The notes under the pieces were generated by a model that was not told the DNA's origin, ran no database searches, and saw nothing but the letters and a program-made list of their open reading frames with translations. A stretch of 64,000 nt of DNA, from sequence record SRR2962707_526; one strand, 5' to 3'. Positions 39,910 to 48,711 of the stretch are shown here, piece after piece. The position numbers and the translations under genes are program-made. Within the stretch, counting starts at the first letter, position 1, and every line of letters starts with the position of its first letter.

Positions 39910-41067
39910 ATGTTATTAGCCCACTATCAAACCACACGAGAGCGGACTGAATCTCTTTGCGCACCGTTGAACACTGAAGACTATATTCCACAAGCGGCGG
40001 ATTTTACGAGCCCTCCAAAATGGCATTTAGCGCATACAACGTGGTTTTTTGAAGAGATGATTCTGACCAAATATGTGGCAGATTATGTGGTTTTTGATGG
40101 TCACTTTGGTTTTCTGTTCAACAGCTATTATCACAGTGTGGGGAAAAAAGCAGTGCGTGCTCAGCGTGGTTTAATGACGCGCCCCACGGTGGATCAAGTG
40201 TACCAATATCGCCACTACGTGGATGAGCATATTCAAGGTTTGCTCAAGGGCGAGGCACCAGAAGACGTAAAAGAACTGGTCAAACTGGGCATTCACCATG
40301 AGCAGCAACATCAAGAATTGTTGTTGACCGATTTAAAATACACCTTGTCATTAAACCCTATTTATCCGGTGTATCAAGAAGACAGTAATCTAGTGGGCGG
40401 TCATAACCCCGTGGTGGCGGACAGTGAACAGTGGATCAGAGTTGATGAAGGTGTGTATGAAGTTGGTTACGCCGGCGACGATTTTTGCTTTGATAATGAG
40501 CAAGGACGCCACAAGGTGTATTTACAAGATTTTCAAATTTCAGCGTCTTTAGTGACTAATGGTGAATACCTAGAGTTTATCGAAAAAGGTGGTTATGACA
40601 CCTTTAGTTATTGGCTGGATGAAGGGTGGGCGTGGCGTTGTAAGCATCAAATCAACAGCCCCTTGTATTGGACCAAAATAGAAGGCCAATGGCATTATTA
40701 CACCTTAGCAGGGTTAAAACCGTTGGATAGAGATGCACTGCTATCCCATGTTTCCTATTATGAAGCGAGTGCGTTTGCCAGCTGGAAAAAAATGCGATTG
40801 GCCACGGAATTCGAATGGGAAGTGGCGTCGTCGCAGTTTGCTTGGGGGCAGCGTTGGGAGTGGACTTCTTCTGCCTATCAACCCTATCCGAAATTTAGCG
40901 TCAGTGACGGGGCAGTGGGAGAATACAATGGCAAGTTTATGGTCAATCAAATGGTGTTGCGAGGGGCGTCTGTTGCCACGTCTGAAGGGCATTCAAGGGC
41001 GACCTATCGAAACTTTTTCCACCCACATTTCCAATGGCAATATTCAGGCATTCGATTAGTAAAATAA
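39910..41067 (+). CDS. egtB: Ergothioneine biosynthesis sulfoxide synthase (DinB + FGE-like domains)
   Basis: SPPKWHLAHTTWFFE, FNSYY, RG.MTRP, HHEQQHQELL (Fe ligands), WEWT, GEYNGKFM, YRNFF. Confidence 0.88.
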   Translation: MLLAHYQTTRERTESLCAPLNTEDYIPQAADFTSPPKWHLAHTTWFFEEMILTKYVADYVVFDGHFGFLFNSYYHSVGKKAVRAQRGLMTRPTVDQVYQYRHYVDEHIQGLLKGEAPEDVKELVKLGIHHEQQHQELLLTDLKYTLSLNPIYPVYQEDSNLVGGHNPVVADSEQWIRVDEGVYEVGYAGDDFCFDNEQGRHKVYLQDFQISASLVTNGEYLEFIEKGGYDTFSYWLDEGWAWRCKHQINSPLYWTKIEGQWHYYTLAGLKPLDRDALLSHVSYYEASAFASWKKMRLATEFEWEVASSQFAWGQRWEWTSSAYQPYPKFSVSDGAVGEYNGKFMVNQMVLRGASVATSEGHSRATYRNFFHPHFQWQYSGIRLVK

Positions 41068-41181
41068 TAGCGCAAGCCTACCCTAAAGAAACATCTGGGT
41101 AGGCTTAGCCAAGCATTGGCTCAATGCATCGCGATGAACACAAAATAACAGTGCAGTGAGCCACATAAAAGGTGACAGTAA

Positions 41182-41535
41182 ATGAATACTAACCGAGATA
41201 TCATCGCGCGTTTACGCAGTAATATTCCCTCTTTTGAATGCACTCCAGGCTGTCATGATTGTTGCGGCCCTGTGACCACCTCGTCAGAAGAAATGTCACG
41301 CCTGCCAGTGAAAACAGACGCAGAGCATGACGCCGCCTTAGAAAATTTTTCCTGTGTACACTTAGGGCCAAATGGCTGTGAAGTATACGATGAGCGACCA
41401 TTGATTTGCCGACTATTTGGCACGACGCCAAATCTGGCTTGTCCTAATAGTTGCCGACCGAAAGACATGATCGCCCCTGAGGTTGAAGAGCAAGTGCATG
41501 AGTACATTGCGAGCACGCGACAAGTATTGGTCTGA
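41182..41535 (+). CDS. YkgJ-family cysteine-cluster (CxxxCxxCC) protein
   Basis: CTPGCHDCCG, CVHL...GC.VY.ERPLICRLFG. Confidence 0.85.
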   Translation: MNTNRDIIARLRSNIPSFECTPGCHDCCGPVTTSSEEMSRLPVKTDAEHDAALENFSCVHLGPNGCEVYDERPLICRLFGTTPNLACPNSCRPKDMIAPEVEEQVHEYIASTRQVLV

Positions 41536-41540
41536 GTCTT

Positions 41541-42245
41541 ATGCGCCTTGATAAGTTTATTGCTAAAAGTACCGAGCTTAGTAAGCACGATGTGTTGCAC
41601 AGCATTCATCAGGGTGAGGTGAGCGTCAATGGCGTGGTCGTAACAAAAGAAGCCCAGCAAGTGCATGAGAATAATCAGATTCTCTTAAAGGGTGTTAGAC
41701 TACAGCCACGGCCGTTTCGTTATTTGCTGATGCATAAACCCGCCGGCACGATTTGCTCGAACATTGATGAAGCTTACCCTTCTTTGTTTAATGGCTTGGA
41801 GATTGAGAAACGCTCCGAGCTGCACATCGTCGGGCGATTGGACGCAGACACCACAGGGTTGGTGTTAATGACCGACGACGGTCGCTGGTCTTTTAATATA
41901 ACTCGACCTACGAACGCCTGTTGCAAAGTCTATCGAGTGACCTTATCGCAAGCCTTATCAGATGAGCGGGCAAAGGAAATTAGCGCGCAATTTGCACAGG
42001 GTATTCAGCTGCAAGGAGAGCGCCAGCTTACCTTACCAGCCACCTTACAAGTGATCGCGCCAAAAGACGTGCTGCTGACGCTAACAGAAGGTAAGTTTCA
42101 CCAAGTAAAGCGCATGTTTGCTGCTGTAGGCAATCGTGTAATAGCCTTGCATCGAGAGCAAATTGGCACAGTTCGCTTGGATGTTGAGCTTGGTCAATGG
42201 CGCTATTTAACGCCTCATGAAGTTCAGTCTTTTTTGTCTATTTAA
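41541..42245 (+). CDS. RsuA-family RNA pseudouridine synthase
   Basis: S4 domain MRLDKF, HKPAG, GRLDADTTG (catalytic Asp), EGKFHQVKRMF. Confidence 0.9.
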   Translation: MRLDKFIAKSTELSKHDVLHSIHQGEVSVNGVVVTKEAQQVHENNQILLKGVRLQPRPFRYLLMHKPAGTICSNIDEAYPSLFNGLEIEKRSELHIVGRLDADTTGLVLMTDDGRWSFNITRPTNACCKVYRVTLSQALSDERAKEISAQFAQGIQLQGERQLTLPATLQVIAPKDVLLTLTEGKFHQVKRMFAAVGNRVIALHREQIGTVRLDVELGQWRYLTPHEVQSFLSI

Positions 42246-42307
42246 GCGATTAATAGACGACAAAAGTCAGCCTTACTATTTTATTATTCAGAGCAATTAA
42301 TCCGATT

Positions 42308-43255
42308 ATGACCAGAAAAATATTAAGTTTGAAGGGCAAGCGAGCCAAAGACCTTAACCCAGTAGAAGAAAGCCTTGAGGATCTGTATCCGAATGATCCG
42401 CAAAAACGCTTTCTTAATGGCGTAGCGGTTCATCCTTCTCCCTGCATTCGTCTGGAATCTGGCTCTGCTGAATTGTCGGTTCGTGCTATGGATTTGATTT
42501 CACCGATAGGCATGGGGCAACGAGGCTTAATTGTTGCACCTCCTGGGTCAGGAAAAACGACCCTGTTAAAGCATATTTGTCAGGCTGTGAGTACCGCGTA
42601 CCCAGAGATTAAATTGTATGCTTTGCTGATCGACGAACGTCCAGAAGAAGTCACCGATTTTAAACGCAGTGTGTCCGCTGAAGTGCATGCCTCTTCGTCC
42701 GATAATAGCCATGCTCAGCATGTGCGTATCGCTGACGATTTATTGGACATGGCCTGTGCGCAAGCCGGTGAAGGTCAGAATGTGATGATAGTGATCGATT
42801 CCTTGACGCGCCTGTCACGAGTCCATAATGCAGGCCAACGCAGCAGTGGTCGAACCATGTCGGGCGGTGTTGATGCGCGCGCGTTAGAGATTCCTCGTAA
42901 ACTGTTCGGGGCGGCCAGAAAAATTGAAAACGGTGGCTCATTGACGATTCTTGCGACTGTGTTGGTAGACACGGGAAGCCGCATGGATCAGGTGATTTTT
43001 GAGGAGTTCAAAGGCACCGGTAATATGGAAGTTGTGCTGTCGCGAGAAGTGGCAAGTCATCGAATTTTCCCCGCGTTGGACATCGCCAAAAGCGGCACCC
43101 GACGCGAAGAATTATTAATTGCCCCTAACGACCTTGAACAAGTCAGAACGCTGCGCCGTGCTTTTACCAACCTAAAACCGCTTGATGGCACGCAAAAACT
43201 CGTTACCTTGCTAAAAGAATACCCAACCAACGCCGAGCTGCTTAAGGTGTTTTAA
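42308..43255 (+). CDS. Short Rho-like transcription termination factor (ATPase domain only)
   Basis: PIGMGQRGLIVAPPGSGKT, LIDERPEEVTD, IDSLTRL, SGGVD, FGAARKIENGGSLTI, FEEFKGTGNME, SGTRREE; 315 aa with no N-terminal RNA-binding domain. Confidence 0.9.
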   Translation: MTRKILSLKGKRAKDLNPVEESLEDLYPNDPQKRFLNGVAVHPSPCIRLESGSAELSVRAMDLISPIGMGQRGLIVAPPGSGKTTLLKHICQAVSTAYPEIKLYALLIDERPEEVTDFKRSVSAEVHASSSDNSHAQHVRIADDLLDMACAQAGEGQNVMIVIDSLTRLSRVHNAGQRSSGRTMSGGVDARALEIPRKLFGAARKIENGGSLTILATVLVDTGSRMDQVIFEEFKGTGNMEVVLSREVASHRIFPALDIAKSGTRREELLIAPNDLEQVRTLRRAFTNLKPLDGTQKLVTLLKEYPTNAELLKVF

Positions 43256-43413
43256 GCGCCAGTTGAGCCACCTTTATGGTGGTGGGCTTTTGGGCTGAGA
43301 CGCTGTTGTATTGAGACGCTGCTGTCTTTAACTAAGCGCACAATATTGGCATAGGATCTGTATGCTGCTCGAAAGAGGGTGAACGCTCGTTTCCCCTTTT
43401 TTTATCGCCACTT

Positions 43414-43429
43414 TGGCACAGTTTCCGCA
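43414..43429 (+). promoter_or_regulatory. Candidate sigma54 promoter upstream of glgP
   Basis: TGGCACAGTTTCCGCA with GG-N10-GC spacing; 227 nt upstream of the ATG. Confidence 0.4.
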
Positions 43430-43656
43430 TTTTTCATGATTTATCATCCCCCTTGTAGCACTTTACCTTTGTCGATGTAATGCAAGTCAATGTTCCCTTC
43501 ATAATGCCTTTCCAATGATTTATCCAGCTGGTAGTTTTAGGCTGGTTGGCCGGTTAATGATGCCCTCACTTGGTTAGCAAGTAAGCGTCAAATTCGGCCC
43601 ATCCCTCGATGACATTGCGCTAAACAATGCCCCAATAGATTCAAGCAGGAAGCGAT

Positions 43657-46203
43657 ATGGACACACAAACACCTTGTAGCTCACCACTGACCGCTCTTTT
43701 TCCAACCGAATTGGAAGGGTTTGATCAGTTAGCCGAGTTAGCACTCGATTTACGTTGCTCATGGAATCACGCCACCGACGACATATGGCGACAGCTTGAC
43801 CCTGAATTATGGGCACTCACACACAATCCCTGGGGGTTATTGCAAACCGTATCGCGGGAGAAAATCCGCACATTGTTGGCCGATCCGGGGTATCGAGCGC
43901 AGCTTGATAAGCTGGTGAAAAAGAAACGTGAGGCGGAACAAACGCCTGCCTGGTTTCAACAAAATCACCCTAAATCGGCGCTTAATGCGGTGGCTTACTT
44001 CAGTATGGAGTTTATGCTGAGCGACGCGCTGCCTATTTATTCAGGTGGTCTGGGCAATGTTGCTGGGGATCAACTAAAAGCCGCTAATGATTTGGGTGTG
44101 CCTGTCATCGGCGTGGGGTTGCTTTATCAGCAAGGGTATTTCCGTCAGATAATCGATCAAAATGGTCTACAACAAGCCGTGTATCCCTATAACGATCCAG
44201 GGCAATTACCAGTCTCTCCTTTGCGTCATGCGAATGGAGAATGGTTACGCATAAAGCTGGATCTACCGGGTCATCCTATTTGGTTACGTGCTTGGCAAGT
44301 TCAGGTTGGTAGAACAAAGCTCTATTTACTAGACAGCAACGACACCGCAAATTATGCCCCGTTTCGTGCAATCACTAGTGAGCTTTATGGTGGCAGTGCG
44401 GATCTGCGTTTGATGCAAGAGTTGGTGTTGGGCATTGGCGGTTGGCGCTTGTTGAATGCATTGGGAATAGAGCCGGAGGTTTGTCATTTAAATGAAGGGC
44501 ATGCCGCTTTTGCCATCTTAGAACGTGCGCGTTGCTTTATGAAAAAGAGTGGGCAGTCTTTTGCGGTGGCTTTGGCCGCCACGCGAGCAGGCAATGTTTT
44601 TACCACTCACACTGCGGTCGCCGCGGGCTTTGACCATTTCGCGCCCGCTTTGATTGAGCAGTGGCTCGGCGACTACGCCAACCTTGAGTTAGGCATTTCA
44701 ACCCCTGATTTATTGGCGTTAGGGCAGGTGGATGCGAACCATTCTAGCGCTGACTTCAATATGGCGTATTTGGCCATTCGTGGCAGTGGTGCCGTCAATG
44801 GCGTGAGTGCGTTGCATGGTGACGTGAGCAGGCGACTGTTTGCCTCCTTGTTCCCTCGTTGGCCCTTGAACGAGATTCCCATAGGGCATATTACCAATGG
44901 TGTGCACACCCCAAGTTGGGACTCGGCGAGCGCTGATGAACTGTGGACGAAAGCCTGTGGCAAGGACCGTTGGCTTGGCGCCACAGACGAGCTAGGTCAA
45001 TCCATTCGAGCCGTGTCGAATGCTGAGTTGTGGCGTTTTAGAACGGCGGCAAGCCAGACGTTTGTCAGTTACGTGCGCGAGCATCTAGTGCGTCAGATGG
45101 CGGCGTCGGGAACGCCTCAAGCGGACATGGAAGAAGCGCAGCATTTGTTTGACCCTAAAGTACTGACGCTTGGTTTTGCTCGACGTTTTGCGACCTATAA
45201 ACGACCGAATCTATTGCTGCATGACCCCGCTCGCTTACTGCGCATATTAACCAACCCAGAGCGGCCTGTGCAGCTTGTTATGGCGGGGAAAGCACACCCT
45301 GCGGATCAGGCTGGTCAGGCATTGATTAAGCAGTGGATAGACTTTATTCGCCAGCCACAGGTGCGCCAACACGTCATCTTTCTGAGCGATTACGATATGT
45401 TGCTAAGTGGTCATCTAGTGGCGGGTGTTGATGTGTGGTTAAACACCCCGCAGCGGCCCTGGGAAGCGAGTGGCACCAGTGGAATGAAGGTGTTGGTTAA
45501 CGGGGCCATTAATCTCTCTGAGCTGGATGGCTGGTGGGCTGAAGCGTATCGCCCTGATATTGGCTGGGCACTGGGGGATGGTAAAGAGCACGGTGATGAT
45601 CCTGATTGGGATGCGATTGAAGCCGAGGCGCTTTATGACCTGCTCGAACAGGAAGTGATTCCTGAGTTTTACCAACGGGATGAACAAGGCATCCCGATCG
45701 AATGGACAACACGAATGCGTGAAAGCATGGCGCATTTAACGCCTCATTTTTCGACTAATCGAGTGGTTCGTGAATACGCAGAGCTGCGTTATCTTCCGGC
45801 TGCGAAGGCTTTTCGTGAGCGTGCTGCCGATAATGGCGCACTCGCCAAACAAATCGCAGATTGGCAGCAAACGCTTGATCAGCAGTGGGCTGGGTTGCGC
45901 ATTGACGGGGTGATGGCTAGACAAGAAAATCAGCAGTACTTCTTTTCTGCCAGCGTCTTGCTTAATGGTTTAGCGCCACAGGACGTGAGTGTTGAACTCT
46001 ATGCCGACGGTGTGGACGGCAAGGAAGCGCTACGACAGACAATGGTGTGTGAATGCCTACCGGATGACAGCAAAGGCACTCATTTGTATCGTTTAACCGT
46101 GCCTGCGTCGCGCGCCTTAACGAATTACACGTTGCGAATCATACCGTGTCGAGAAGGTATATCTACGCCGCTGGAGGTCAATCATATCGTATGGGAGCAT
46201 TGA
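43657..46203 (+). CDS. glgP: Alpha-glucan (glycogen/maltodextrin) phosphorylase, DUF3417-type N-terminus
   Basis: AYFSMEF, YSGGLG, HLNEGH, TNGVH, FARRFATYKR, GKAHP, EASGTSGMK (PLP Lys), DGWW.E. Confidence 0.93.
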   Translation: MDTQTPCSSPLTALFPTELEGFDQLAELALDLRCSWNHATDDIWRQLDPELWALTHNPWGLLQTVSREKIRTLLADPGYRAQLDKLVKKKREAEQTPAWFQQNHPKSALNAVAYFSMEFMLSDALPIYSGGLGNVAGDQLKAANDLGVPVIGVGLLYQQGYFRQIIDQNGLQQAVYPYNDPGQLPVSPLRHANGEWLRIKLDLPGHPIWLRAWQVQVGRTKLYLLDSNDTANYAPFRAITSELYGGSADLRLMQELVLGIGGWRLLNALGIEPEVCHLNEGHAAFAILERARCFMKKSGQSFAVALAATRAGNVFTTHTAVAAGFDHFAPALIEQWLGDYANLELGISTPDLLALGQVDANHSSADFNMAYLAIRGSGAVNGVSALHGDVSRRLFASLFPRWPLNEIPIGHITNGVHTPSWDSASADELWTKACGKDRWLGATDELGQSIRAVSNAELWRFRTAASQTFVSYVREHLVRQMAASGTPQADMEEAQHLFDPKVLTLGFARRFATYKRPNLLLHDPARLLRILTNPERPVQLVMAGKAHPADQAGQALIKQWIDFIRQPQVRQHVIFLSDYDMLLSGHLVAGVDVWLNTPQRPWEASGTSGMKVLVNGAINLSELDGWWAEAYRPDIGWALGDGKEHGDDPDWDAIEAEALYDLLEQEVIPEFYQRDEQGIPIEWTTRMRESMAHLTPHFSTNRVVREYAELRYLPAAKAFRERAADNGALAKQIADWQQTLDQQWAGLRIDGVMARQENQQYFFSASVLLNGLAPQDVSVELYADGVDGKEALRQTMVCECLPDDSKGTHLYRLTVPASRALTNYTLRIIPCREGISTPLEVNHIVWEH

Positions 46204-46283
46204 GTGCTCTGAGATAAGAGTACTCTTATCATGGCGTTATGGCCCTGAGCAATTGCCCCTTCAGTCGTGTGTTTTAGCGTCTG

Positions 46284-47057
46284 CTAGTTAGGCAGGTGCA
46301 GTGACAGACTGATGGGGTAGTGGTCGGATGAATGAATGTCGGTGTGGACCTGCACATGAGTTACGTCTAGGCCTCGGCAGTAGACATGATCGAGATGTCG
46401 GAACAGGTGATTCAACCTAGGTTGACGAATCATGTCTACTTTTCCCAATGCAAAAGCGGCGGCGAGCTTATTAAAGTCCGACAGCCTTTTTTTGTTCCAA
46501 GTATTAAAATCCCCAGCCAATATAATGGGCCCTTTATGGTCTTGTAGCGTGTGTGATATTTGTTCGAGATGAGCTCTGAATTTTTCGATGGAAACAAAAT
46601 TGATCAGGTGCGCATTGACCACCAAGAGGGATGATTCATTATGAGCCGATTCACGCTGAGTCAGTGGGTATTCGATGGCCAACAGCATTTTTTTGGTTTG
46701 AGTGAGTGGCTCTCCATGGTCAGATGCAGAAAAATACTGAGATTTGGCGGTAACAGAGGAGCCTGTTTTTACCCCAGTTTCTATGTTGGTTTTTACGTTC
46801 CGAAAGCTGCTCGCCATAATCCATTGATGCTGAGATGATTTATGAAACAGGTTATCGAATGGGGAGTTTAAAACTGCTTCCTGTAAAAGCACCAAATCTT
46901 TGTTGTGAATCAGGCTGGAAAAATCTTTTTGCCAGCCTTTTTTCTTGCATTTAAACACATTCCAAAGCAGCAGTTCGATGTTCGGTCCCAGTGTCTGCTC
47001 AGGCGCATTTCCCATTAAGGTAAGTGATTCAACTGTGTGATAACGATGTGTAATCAT
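46284..47057 (-). CDS. Endonuclease/exonuclease/phosphatase-family protein (YafD-like)
   Basis: WNVFK, LLQE, NAHLINF, AGDFNTW, LDHVY, SDHYP; ATG 47057 with GAGG SD (ORF track TTG 47072). Confidence 0.85.
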   Translation of the reverse strand: MITHRYHTVESLTLMGNAPEQTLGPNIELLLWNVFKCKKKGWQKDFSSLIHNKDLVLLQEAVLNSPFDNLFHKSSQHQWIMASSFRNVKTNIETGVKTGSSVTAKSQYFSASDHGEPLTQTKKMLLAIEYPLTQRESAHNESSLLVVNAHLINFVSIEKFRAHLEQISHTLQDHKGPIILAGDFNTWNKKRLSDFNKLAAAFALGKVDMIRQPRLNHLFRHLDHVYCRGLDVTHVQVHTDIHSSDHYPISLSLHLPN

Positions 47058-47100
47058 GGAATAAAACCTCAAATAAATACGCTAGCGGTTTGTTGCTACT

Positions 47101-47132
47101 CTGTTCTGTCCTGTCCTGTCCTGTCCTGTCCT
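47101..47132. repeat. Pentanucleotide simple sequence repeat (CTGTC)5 plus one variant
   Basis: ctgtt-ctgtc-ctgtc-ctgtc-ctgtc-ctgtc-ct in the cls/EEP spacer. Confidence 0.95.
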
Positions 47133-47140
47133 ACATGATT

Positions 47141-48604
47141 TTATAAATAGGGGGAAAACAAACGAAACAAGTTATTGCGGATTTTTTTGTAAATAGGCAA
47201 TTGGCTCATTTCTTCTTCTATAACCAGCTCTGCATTTTTTTGCTTTTCATTAAACAGCTGGGTTAATTGTGCATTGAGGGAGCTGTCAAAGCATTCTAAA
47301 TTAATCTCGAAGTTAAACTCTAAGCTTCTTGCGTCCCAATTGGTGGAGCCGATAAAAGACCAAACATCATCGATGATGACAATTTTGCTGTGATCAAAGG
47401 GGCGTTTGTTTTTGTAGATGCGAATGCCGTGTTCGAGTATTCGCGAAAAGTTGGCCTCCATGACCCAGTCTACAAAAGGGATGTTACTGTGGGCAGGAAC
47501 GATAATATCGACCGCCACACCACGTAAAGCGGCAGCGTGAAGCGACGTCATCAGGGTTTGATCTGGGATAAAATAGGGGGTGATGATTTTGACGCTTTTT
47601 TGCGCGCAAACTAAGGCGTTAATCAGTGTCCAGCGTATTCTATTATGGTATTCATCTGGTCCGTCTTGTACTACGCGAGCCACGATAGGGTGGCTTTTTT
47701 CTGGCCGAGGTTTATGCAGATCAAACAAAGGGAATTGGATGCGCTTACCTGTGGCAAAGAACCAATCTTCCACAAAGACTTTGCTTATTTGGTCGATGAC
47801 AGGACCCGTTACTTTAAAATGAACGTCATCAATGGGGTGTTTTGAGGCCTTTACCAGATTGTTTTTACTGACATTCATGCCGCCAATATAGGCAACTTCG
47901 CCGTCCACACAGAGTATTTTTCGGTGGTTTCTTAGATTAATAAAACGAATGCCCGTTAGAGAAACAGCGGGTAGAAAACGGGCGGTGTTTACCCCTCTTT
48001 TTTTCAAGGCCCGATCCGATTTACGCCAACTGTAGCCGACCCCAATGCCGTCCAATAGAACGTTGACAGTAACGCCTCTTTGGTGGGCTTCGGCCAGCGC
48101 CTTAACAAATTGTCGACCTAATGAATCGTAGTCAAAAATATAGCTTGAGAGCACCACATAGTGCTGGGCATTCTTAATGGAGCGGATCATTTCCGGGTAA
48201 GCGGTATCGCCATTAATAAGCGGTGTAATGGCGTTGTGTGCGACAAAACTAACTGGGTGAATGGCGTACCCTGCCGTAATGGAGGAGTGCCAAGTGTCAG
48301 GCAAAGAGTGAAAATCAAGGGCGGAAGCTTGGTTACGAAAGTCCTCTTTGAGTGTCTGAGGGTGCTCTTTTTGAGCCAGTCGCTTAATGCGGTTTATACC
48401 AAAGAGCCAATAGAACATACTGCCGATAAAGGGGGAAAAGATGACTAAACCAATCCAAGCCAATGAAGTGCGATCATTTTCTTTAAACAGTAAGACATGC
48501 AGCGAAGTGAGCAAAGATAAGCTGATGTGTAAGATCAGTACATTGGTAACCCAATGGACATAAACCCAATCAATCAATGATTCCGCTATTTGCATAAACT
48601 CCAT
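47141..48604 (-). CDS. cls: Cardiolipin synthase (PLD family, N-terminal TM domain)
   Basis: PLDc_N-like AWIGLVIFSPFIG..YWLFG, NLRNHRKILCVD, TPYFIP, HSKIVIIDD, GSTNWDARS..NFE. Confidence 0.9.
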   Translation of the reverse strand: MEFMQIAESLIDWVYVHWVTNVLILHISLSLLTSLHVLLFKENDRTSLAWIGLVIFSPFIGSMFYWLFGINRIKRLAQKEHPQTLKEDFRNQASALDFHSLPDTWHSSITAGYAIHPVSFVAHNAITPLINGDTAYPEMIRSIKNAQHYVVLSSYIFDYDSLGRQFVKALAEAHQRGVTVNVLLDGIGVGYSWRKSDRALKKRGVNTARFLPAVSLTGIRFINLRNHRKILCVDGEVAYIGGMNVSKNNLVKASKHPIDDVHFKVTGPVIDQISKVFVEDWFFATGKRIQFPLFDLHKPRPEKSHPIVARVVQDGPDEYHNRIRWTLINALVCAQKSVKIITPYFIPDQTLMTSLHAAALRGVAVDIIVPAHSNIPFVDWVMEANFSRILEHGIRIYKNKRPFDHSKIVIIDDVWSFIGSTNWDARSLEFNFEINLECFDSSLNAQLTQLFNEKQKNAELVIEEEMSQLPIYKKIRNNLFRLFSPYL

Positions 48605-48628
48605 CCTAGCCAGCCGTCGATACGCAAT

Positions 48629-48653
48629 AAAAAAGAGGCCATGAGGCCTCTTT
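48629..48653 (-). terminator. Intrinsic terminator after the DEAD-box helicase
   Basis: Minus strand AAAGAGGCC-tcat-GGCCTCTTTTTT. Confidence 0.75.
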
Positions 48654-48711
48654 ACATTCTACTCCGAGAAACGATCTTTACGAAATCTGTCTGCCAGTGT
48701 TTGCGGCTGAG

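Noticed and set aside
42308-43255. rho pseudogene
   Set aside because: No stops or frameshifts, all ATPase motifs intact, and no remnant of the missing N-domain upstream; treated as a possible functional short paralog.
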